From an uncultured Alphaproteobacteria bacterium (GTDB lineage Bacteria; Pseudomonadota; Alphaproteobacteria; RF32; CAG-239), in the NCBI GenBank assembly GCA_934254585.1, contig CAKQLF010000001.1:245250-309249 (forward strand): DNA of 64,000 nt, read 5' to 3'. This document shows, piece after piece, positions 31,102-37,445 of this stretch; the first letter of the stretch is position 1, and each line of letters begins with the position of its first letter. A program made the translations under genes and the position numbers. The notes under the pieces are model-generated. The model searched no databases and was not told the origin of the DNA. It saw nothing but the letters and a program-made list of their open reading frames with translations.

Positions 31102-32475
31102 TTAGTTTTCAATTAGATATGAAGAAATCACGCGTATCCAAGATGACAAATACAAGATTTCAATACCTAATTTTTCTTCTAATGTATCTTTAGCTTGTTG
31201 TAATTGCTTCATGATGTCATTAATATTATGCTCTTTTATGAAGTTATATTCTTTTTCTTTATTATATAAATAATGTCTCAAGCACAGTTCTTTGGCTTCA
31301 GTTGTAGGATATGACATCATTACACTATACTCTTGTCCATTTTTACTTTTTCGTATATTGGTCACAGTATTTATAATGCCAAATTCTTGAATATCGCTTT
31401 CAGGGTCATTTTTTATTATTTCTTTACACTGAGGACAATCACAAACTTTTTCAAAATATATACTTTTGCTATTAAGCCATCCTTCATCTAATAACAGCTG
31501 AATTATATTTCTAAAATGAAAGCGTTTGTGAGCTATAGGTAAATAAAATTTAGAAATAGGGACGCCTCCTCCTACGGGGAAAACACTTCTAGATTCTCCA
31601 TATTCCATACCGTGACAACAAGCCTGCAACAATCCCAAATTAATAAGTATTAGTGAAAAATAACTGCCGTATAATTGTGAAACTGGAATGTTTTTTTCTT
31701 TAAATTTTACTAACAAGTATAAATAATTGTTTAGTAAAACATCTCCAGCATCTTTTTCATCAAACGCATCAATCCACAATAAAATTTCACAGGGATTAAC
31801 TTTTGAGTATTCATCAACTAAAAGGTTAAGCTTGTCCTTATCCAACAAAATGCTTGAATTAATAACAAGTTGTGCAGAAATAGAAGGATGATAAGTTTTA
31901 GACAATTCAATCGCTTTAGTATTAATATGTAACCAGTGATTGAAATTATTATCAGATAAATAAAAATAAGGAGCTATTAAACAGCAAGGAGCTACGCATA
32001 AACTGTTTTCATCATTTCCTAAAATATACTCTATGTATTCTTTATATTCATTTTTTTCTTCTAATACTTCTTTTTTTATAGTATTTTGCTGAAATTCAAT
32101 AACTTTTTGACATAGTTCTTTTAAAAAGGTGTCATTATCATCGAAGTCTGTTAACTCAATTGACCGCTTTTTACATGAAATTATATCTTTTAATGTGTCA
32201 CCGTAAAAGCTGAGAAGCTTTTCAATAGATTTTTTCAAATTACCATCAGATCCAATCAAACCTTGATAGTATTGGAATGCATACGTTTGAGGGTCAATTA
32301 TGAAATCTTTTTTACATAATTCATTGCTTATAAATTTGGAAATAGAATTAGTACAATGTGCAAAGATATTTGCATTTAGTATTAAAACATCATATGAATC
32401 ATTAAAACTTGAAACATATTTTTTTTCTGCATTGGTACCAAAGCGTAATAAATGTGTTCCTTTAATCATACCCAA
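31102..32475 (-). CDS. Cys-rich protein with tRNA-guanine transglycosylase (TGT/DpdA)-like motifs; 4th gene of candidate defence operon
   Basis: 457 aa. LNANIFAH (compare TGT LGNTFHL), DPQTYAFQ (compare DSGGFQ), IDAFDE, VGGGVP, a CDCPQC zinc knuckle (compare E. coli Tgt CDCYTC) and a downstream RHYL. Assignment is by motif only. Confidence 0.3.
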   Translation of the reverse strand: MGMIKGTHLLRFGTNAEKKYVSSFNDSYDVLILNANIFAHCTNSISKFISNELCKKDFIIDPQTYAFQYYQGLIGSDGNLKKSIEKLLSFYGDTLKDIISCKKRSIELTDFDDNDTFLKELCQKVIEFQQNTIKKEVLEEKNEYKEYIEYILGNDENSLCVAPCCLIAPYFYLSDNNFNHWLHINTKAIELSKTYHPSISAQLVINSSILLDKDKLNLLVDEYSKVNPCEILLWIDAFDEKDAGDVLLNNYLYLLVKFKEKNIPVSQLYGSYFSLILINLGLLQACCHGMEYGESRSVFPVGGGVPISKFYLPIAHKRFHFRNIIQLLLDEGWLNSKSIYFEKVCDCPQCKEIIKNDPESDIQEFGIINTVTNIRKSKNGQEYSVMMSYPTTEAKELCLRHYLYNKEKEYNFIKEHNINDIMKQLQQAKDTLEEKLGIEILYLSSWIRVISSYLIEN

Positions 32476-32885
32476 ACTCCATTGATTCTGTTTTTAAAAG
32501 CTTCATTTAACCAAATTTTTCCAACCTTCCATACTTTTCTATTATGTTTTGCAGGGTAAATGGTTTCTATTAATTTGTCACTATCCTTATCAAAGAAAAC
32601 AAGACCAACATCAGTTTTTTCCATTGCTTTTGATAATTTTTCGGGTATTTTTTTCTTAGGTTTAGGGATACATATATATACTTCATTTGTGCCTAAAAAA
32701 TGACTCGATGCTTGCTCTATGGCTCGTTTCCAATTATCAATTTTAAATTCAATAGCAATTAATTGGTTTTTTTTAAGGTAAACAAGATCTATAGACTGTT
32801 GCATAAAAGGAACCTCCGTTACAACTTGAATTCCTTTTTTTCTTAAATAATCTTGAACTTTATTTACCATCTCAATTTCGTACAT
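32466..32885 (-). CDS. Small PD-(D/E)xK-like nuclease-fold protein; 3rd gene of operon
   Basis: 139 aa. TEVPF...IDLVYL...IAIEFK gives an E-P...D...ExK pattern like restriction-endonuclease/Hjc-like folds. Confidence 0.35.
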   Translation of the reverse strand: MYEIEMVNKVQDYLRKKGIQVVTEVPFMQQSIDLVYLKKNQLIAIEFKIDNWKRAIEQASSHFLGTNEVYICIPKPKKKIPEKLSKAMEKTDVGLVFFDKDSDKLIETIYPAKHNRKVWKVGKIWLNEAFKNRINGVWV

Positions 32886-32895
32886 AATCCAGTCC

Positions 32896-33423
32896 TTATA
32901 TTATGAAATCTGCTTGTCTTTTTATTTCAGTAGATAAATGCCTAAATCCCATATATGTACCCCATATTCTACAAATGCAGTATAGTAAATAAAGAAAAAT
33001 TATAATTATTAACCCATTAAAGATATCTAAATATTTTTCTTGCGCAAAGACTTTTCCATATTTACTGCATAAGAGCCAAGCATTTTTTATAGCTGCAGTA
33101 CCAAAAATTAAGATAGCGGAAACTATTAACCTTGAAGTGTATTTTGCATATTTATTGATATGTTTCTTTAAATTTATTTTATTCTCAAAAGCTACAGACA
33201 TTTGCTTGATGAATAAAGAGAAGGATGTGCTCATACTATCGTCATATACTAGATTATTGTGTATTTTATTTTCTATTTTTTCAATAAATTCGGCAAGAAG
33301 CGAAGTTTTCGTCAATAAAAGTGAATTTAAAATTTGATTAGCTTTATCATCAAATTTAGTAAATATAGGGAAAATAATTCCCAGTAGAACACCTGCAACT
33401 GCTAAAATATCCTCAAATCCCAT
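32896..33423 (-). CDS. Small multi-pass membrane protein (candidate toxin/effector); 2nd gene of operon
   Basis: 175 aa with 3-4 hydrophobic helices. Sits 3 nt downstream of the Panacea-domain gene. Confidence 0.4.
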   Translation of the reverse strand: MGFEDILAVAGVLLGIIFPIFTKFDDKANQILNSLLLTKTSLLAEFIEKIENKIHNNLVYDDSMSTSFSLFIKQMSVAFENKINLKKHINKYAKYTSRLIVSAILIFGTAAIKNAWLLCSKYGKVFAQEKYLDIFNGLIIIIFLYLLYCICRIWGTYMGFRHLSTEIKRQADFII

Positions 33424-33426
33424 TAT

Positions 33427-34014
33427 TTAATAACCTTTCAATACTTTTTCTTTTATTTTTGATTTCTCAGTAAATTCCGGGTATTTAGTATATACATATC
33501 GCAAAATATCACGCAACTTTGCCTTATTGTATCTGGCTTTAAATGCTGATAAAATTTCTTTTTGATTATTAGACAAGCTTTCATATTTATTCTTTTGCTG
33601 AATGAACTGAACTCCTTTGTCACTGATTTCAAAGCGTTCTAATGCATATTCAACAGGTTTTACATCTAATTCTTTTTCCGCATAATCATTAAATTCTGAA
33701 ATTTCTTCATAAGTTAAAATATCACTACTATTTGAATATGAAGTTGAGATAAAATCTATATTTTTTAAGAAATCAATATCTTTAAATGCTTTAATAGACA
33801 TTGGACCAAAATTCCAAGCGGTAAAGAAAAACAAATCATCACTATATTCCAGTGTATCTTCAGTAAATTTTTTTAAAATTTCTTTTTCAAAAATAAAAAG
33901 GAGTTTTGTTAATTTTGTCCGACCTTCTATAGCTTCGCGGAATTCTTTTGTATAACCGGGAGAATACAAAAGCAACATGATTATATCAACAGATGTTAAT
34001 TTTATTTTGGACAT
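33427..34014 (-). CDS. Panacea-domain (DUF4065/GepA-like) protein, candidate antitoxin; 1st gene of operon
   Basis: 195 aa. TKLTKLLFIF...FTAWNFGPMSIKAF matches the Panacea hallmark (T/N)KLQKLLY...AWxxGPV. Confidence 0.45.
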   Translation of the reverse strand: MSKIKLTSVDIIMLLLYSPGYTKEFREAIEGRTKLTKLLFIFEKEILKKFTEDTLEYSDDLFFFTAWNFGPMSIKAFKDIDFLKNIDFISTSYSNSSDILTYEEISEFNDYAEKELDVKPVEYALERFEISDKGVQFIQQKNKYESLSNNQKEILSAFKARYNKAKLRDILRYVYTKYPEFTEKSKIKEKVLKGY

Positions 34015-34123
34015 TGTAAAACCTTTACGAACTACTCTAATATATTATAATACAATTTATTCCTATCAAGTTAAGAAATAATAAATTAATTTGCACAGCT
34101 TTTAATCTTTTTAGCTCGGAAAC

Positions 34124-34245
34124 TGTGAGGTAAGCATCACCAATACAAACGGCAGGCATAAAAACCTGCCGTTTTGCTTTATTTTCCAAGCCTTTCAGCG
34201 AGTTCGAATGTTGTAAATTTGAAAATTGCGTTTTCGGTTTTTTGT
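34124..34245. repeat. Direct repeat copy 1 (att-like, tRNA 3' end plus terminator hairpin)
   Basis: gtgaggtaagcatcaccaatacaaacggcaggcataaaaacctgccgtttt...ctttattttccaagcctttcagcgagttcgaa...tttgaaaattgcgttttcgg. Near-identical to copies 0 and 2. Confidence 0.7.
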
Positions 34246-34264
34246 TAATAAAGGTTAAATTTTA

Positions 34265-35080
34265 TCAACGTCGTATTCCTATGTCTCTTAAAGTTTGATT
34301 AACGATTTTATTAACATTATTTTGTTGTCTTTCCTTAGCAAAAAATCTATTTCCAGCTTTTACGCAATCCGGGCAAATCGGAGATAAGCCTTCTCTTTTG
34401 CAAGCTAATCTGGCTCTTGTTATATCGCTGAAATCTCCATCAACTCTTTGTTGCATAATACAAAGACCATCTTCGTCCGTACAATGAGTTCCATAAATAT
34501 CGGCAGAATTTTCCCTTCCTTCATAGGTGAGGCCTATTACATGGCCAAATTCATGCATTAATACAGTTTTGAAATTTTCACAATCAATGATGTTGCCAGA
34601 GTCGTCTGAAAATCTGCGGGCAGAAACGACACATCCAATTCCTTCATCTCCCAACCCGAAACAATAATTCATTTCTTGATTGGGATATAAATCATCTTTG
34701 GTAAGTAAAATTGTAAATTGCGGAATTTCTTTATTTGTTGGATCGGTCTGCATGGTTTGAAATAATGTGCTTGCATTTAATTGATTAGGACGACCGTCTA
34801 GGATAGCATCTCTTTTGGCATTTTCAATGTGCCAGCGTGTACTTTTATATGGAGCCAGATAAAGCTTGCCGTTTTCCGGATATATATATCCAGTGTCTTT
34901 CCATGCACCTAAATTCGTGATTGGATAATCATTTTTATATTGAGGAAAGCAAGCCATCAATTCTTTTATGGCTTCAACGGCTATTTGGTTTGCCTGAGGA
35001 TTGAGACCGTCTTGGCTGACAATAAATATATCTTTTTGCTTCATAAACGTTATCCCCCTCCTTAGTATAGAATATACCAT
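34265..35080 (-). CDS. Archaemetzincin-like zinc metalloprotease (peptidase M54-like)
   Basis: HEFGHVIGLTYE...HCTDEDGLCIM...CPDC fits the archaemetzincin signature HExxHxxGxxH + CxxxxCxM + CxxC. Confidence 0.6.
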   Translation of the reverse strand: MVYSILRRGITFMKQKDIFIVSQDGLNPQANQIAVEAIKELMACFPQYKNDYPITNLGAWKDTGYIYPENGKLYLAPYKSTRWHIENAKRDAILDGRPNQLNASTLFQTMQTDPTNKEIPQFTILLTKDDLYPNQEMNYCFGLGDEGIGCVVSARRFSDDSGNIIDCENFKTVLMHEFGHVIGLTYEGRENSADIYGTHCTDEDGLCIMQQRVDGDFSDITRARLACKREGLSPICPDCVKAGNRFFAKERQQNNVNKIVNQTLRDIGIRR

Positions 35081-35124
35081 AATTTTATGTAAAAAAAAAG
35101 AAGTTTCAGCTTGTGAAACATAAA

Positions 35125-35249
35125 TTAAGCATCACCAATACAAACGGCAGGTATAAAAAACTGCCGTTTTTCTTTATTTTCCAAGCCTTTCAGCGAGTTC
35201 GAAAGTCGTATTTTCGAAAACCGCTTTTTGGGAAGTTTTTACGAACTCG
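35125..35249. repeat. Direct repeat copy 2 (att-like)
   Basis: ttaagcatcaccaatacaaacggcaggtataaaaaactgccgttttt ctttattttccaagcctttcagcgagttcgaaag...ttttgggaagtttttacgaactcg. Overlaps the last ~22 codons of the 35190..35843 gene. Confidence 0.7.
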
Positions 35250-35843
35250 TTTATGTTGATTTTTTTGTTTATAACAAATTGTTACCAATACATCATTGTT
35301 TGGATAACCATATAAATTGGAATCATATTGCGGATTACTCACTTTGATGTATTTTGTTTCTCCGTAATTAATTTTTCCCAGCGCATGCGAAACATATCCA
35401 CTTCCGTCTCTAGGGGCATAATAAGGAATTGAACCTTTGATAGCAAACATTCTCACATATCCTCCCTTTTTATCTTTAGCTTCTTCTCCTGTCCAAAAAT
35501 AGATGTGACTATCGTTTTCCCAAATATTCATAGCTTTCATAAGTGAATCGTTTCTATTACCATAAATGCTTGTTTCTGTTGTTTCCTTATTATATATTTT
35601 TTTTGCTAATTTATGTAGATCATTTCCTGTAGGTAGATTCTCAATGTGCCCGCAAGCTTTGGCTGCACCAGCTAGGTAATCATTGTCATAAGGACAATAT
35701 TTTAAGCCGAGAGTTTCTTTATAAGAGAGGCATTCTTTTTGACTTAATGGAGTATATTCTACTTTTATGAAGTCTTTTGCATAAGCATGATTGATTAGGC
35801 CTATACTGATAATGCTTAGTATTTTTATGCTATTTTTAATCAA
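35190..35843 (-). CDS. Secreted protein of unknown function (signal peptide)
   Basis: 217 aa. Signal peptide MIKNSIKILSIISIGLINHAYA. C-terminal tail (RKNFPKSGFRKYDFRTR) is encoded inside repeat copy 2. Confidence 0.5.
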   Translation of the reverse strand: MIKNSIKILSIISIGLINHAYAKDFIKVEYTPLSQKECLSYKETLGLKYCPYDNDYLAGAAKACGHIENLPTGNDLHKLAKKIYNKETTETSIYGNRNDSLMKAMNIWENDSHIYFWTGEEAKDKKGGYVRMFAIKGSIPYYAPRDGSGYVSHALGKINYGETKYIKVSNPQYDSNLYGYPNNDVLVTICYKQKNQHKRVRKNFPKSGFRKYDFRTR

Positions 35844-35925
35844 AGTAGTCTCCTAGTGATAATTATGATGCCTTTTGAACATATTATTTATTCATTAATA
35901 TATCATTAAACAGTAGCTCGTAATT

Positions 35926-35979
35926 TGTGAGTTAAGCATCACCAATACAAGCGGCAGGTATAAAAACCTGCCGTTTTTT
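35926..35979. repeat. Direct repeat copy 3 (truncated, att-like), followed by a strong GC hairpin 35992-36013
   Basis: tgtgagttaagcatcaccaatacaagcggcaggtataaaaacctgccgtttttt, then aaaaccccgcg ttaga cgcgggg ttt. Confidence 0.65.
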
Positions 35980-36114
35980 GTATAAAGAAAACCCCGCGTT
36001 AGACGCGGGGTTTAGTGTAGTTTATAGCGGTGAGTTTGACAAAGTGCTTCTAGTAATTACTTTAACACAAACTTTTTAGAAACTTAAAGCATAACCCCAC
36101 AAAATGCTACAGAC

Positions 36115-36723
36115 TCAAAATTTACTTTTTATATAGCGATGTATTGTTATCCAACTGCAGTCCATCAATCTGGCCATTTCGGCTTTTGATATGCCTTTAT
36201 TTATCAGTTCGACAATTTTATTATGTTTTTTCTCAAGTTTTTGATATGAAAGTCCTCGTGGTCGTCCAAGCCGTTTTCCCTCATCTTTTAGGCGTTTTAG
36301 CGAGTTTTTTGTTCGCTCGGAAATCAACTGGCGTTCCAACTCTCCGACTAATGAAAAGGCAAAGGCTAAAATTTTACTTTGAATATCAGCACCTAAGCGG
36401 TAATTTTCTTTCAATGTCCAGATTTGGCAACCTTTTTCCAAACAATGTTGCAAAATTCCCATAACTTCAAGCAAATTTCTTCCTAAACGGCTTAATTCGG
36501 TTGCAATTAAAATATCTCCTTTTTTAAGCTTTTTCAATAATTTACCAAGTTTTCGTTCGGTGAGCAATTTGCGTGAAGAAATTGTTTCTGAAATCCATTT
36601 ATCAATAGGGATATTGTGTTGTTGCGTATAAGTTAGAATTTCGTGTTGTTGGTTTTGGGTGTTTTGATGGTCGGTGCTAACCCGAATATAAGCGTAGTAC
36701 ATAAAAAAAGTCCTTATAGTCAT
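36115..36723 (-). CDS. Small serine recombinase (resolvase/invertase family) with C-terminal HTH
   Basis: YAYIRVSTDHQNTQNQ catalytic-serine motif, ELSRLGRN and C-terminal HTH (ISKAEMARLMDCSWITIHRYI). Probable start at MYYAY (36702). Confidence 0.8.
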   Translation of the reverse strand: MTIRTFFMYYAYIRVSTDHQNTQNQQHEILTYTQQHNIPIDKWISETISSRKLLTERKLGKLLKKLKKGDILIATELSRLGRNLLEVMGILQHCLEKGCQIWTLKENYRLGADIQSKILAFAFSLVGELERQLISERTKNSLKRLKDEGKRLGRPRGLSYQKLEKKHNKIVELINKGISKAEMARLMDCSWITIHRYIKSKF

Positions 36724-36867
36724 TAATCCAGATTATGAAAGTTAGCAGAAAACAGCATCTTTTAGGCGTGATAAAATAGAGGATTTTGGGAAAAGTTATT
36801 GACAATTTAGGCTAAAAAAGGTTACTTGATATTTAGTATATCTAATTATTAATTAATAATTATTATT

Positions 36868-37371
36868 ATGGAAAAGGAAAAAGCTTTAATGAAAATTGTT
36901 AGGATTATGCAAGATAATAATCTTGACAGTAAAGAGGTGATAGATTTTGTTAAAAAACAAAATTCTCAGCTTCCGGAGTTTGATTTGCTTTGTTCGGTAA
37001 ATGGTGTTTTAACCCGTCTTTCTTTTGCAGAGGGAAAAGATAAAAATCCGTGTGGATTATATCCGTTTGAGAAGGATAACCGATATTTGGAGCTTAAAGA
37101 ATCGGAAGTTACTTTGCGTAAATTTGCTAAGGAAAATTTGTTGCCGGATGAAGATTTTTGTGAGCTGATTTACTTTATACTTCATCAAATAAATTTCGCT
37201 TTGAGTATATTGGAGCGGCCGTTGCTGAAAGGTGCTTATTTTGTCCGCGGAAAAACGTATGAAGATTTAAATTGGATAATCAGTTTTGATGATAACTCAA
37301 CGGGGCGAATGTCCAGTGATTATTATGATGATAATGAACCGGCAAAGATTCGTTATTGCGGCGTTTTGTAA
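36868..37371 (+). CDS. Hypothetical protein
   Basis: 167 aa ORF followed by a 10-bp-stem terminator (37372-37410). No family recognised. Confidence 0.35.
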   Translation: MEKEKALMKIVRIMQDNNLDSKEVIDFVKKQNSQLPEFDLLCSVNGVLTRLSFAEGKDKNPCGLYPFEKDNRYLELKESEVTLRKFAKENLLPDEDFCELIYFILHQINFALSILERPLLKGAYFVRGKTYEDLNWIISFDDNSTGRMSSDYYDDNEPAKIRYCGVL

Positions 37372-37445
37372 AATAAAGCGATAGTCTTGGGGCTATCGCT
37401 TTATTGTTGACTTTAAATAAGGTCTTTTTAATAACTTAATTAAAT

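Noticed and set aside
34124-35979. Considered whether the ~120-bp direct repeats are a CRISPR array or integron attC sites
   Set aside because: Only three copies beyond the tRNA copy, spacers are 0.8-1 kb and contain complete genes, repeats are 120 bp and contain a tRNA 3' end; no cas genes or tyrosine intI.
22431-36800. Considered a prophage
   Set aside because: No capsid, terminase, tail or lysis genes; content is R-M, recombinases, TA-like and single-gene cassettes - a defence/accessory island rather than a phage.
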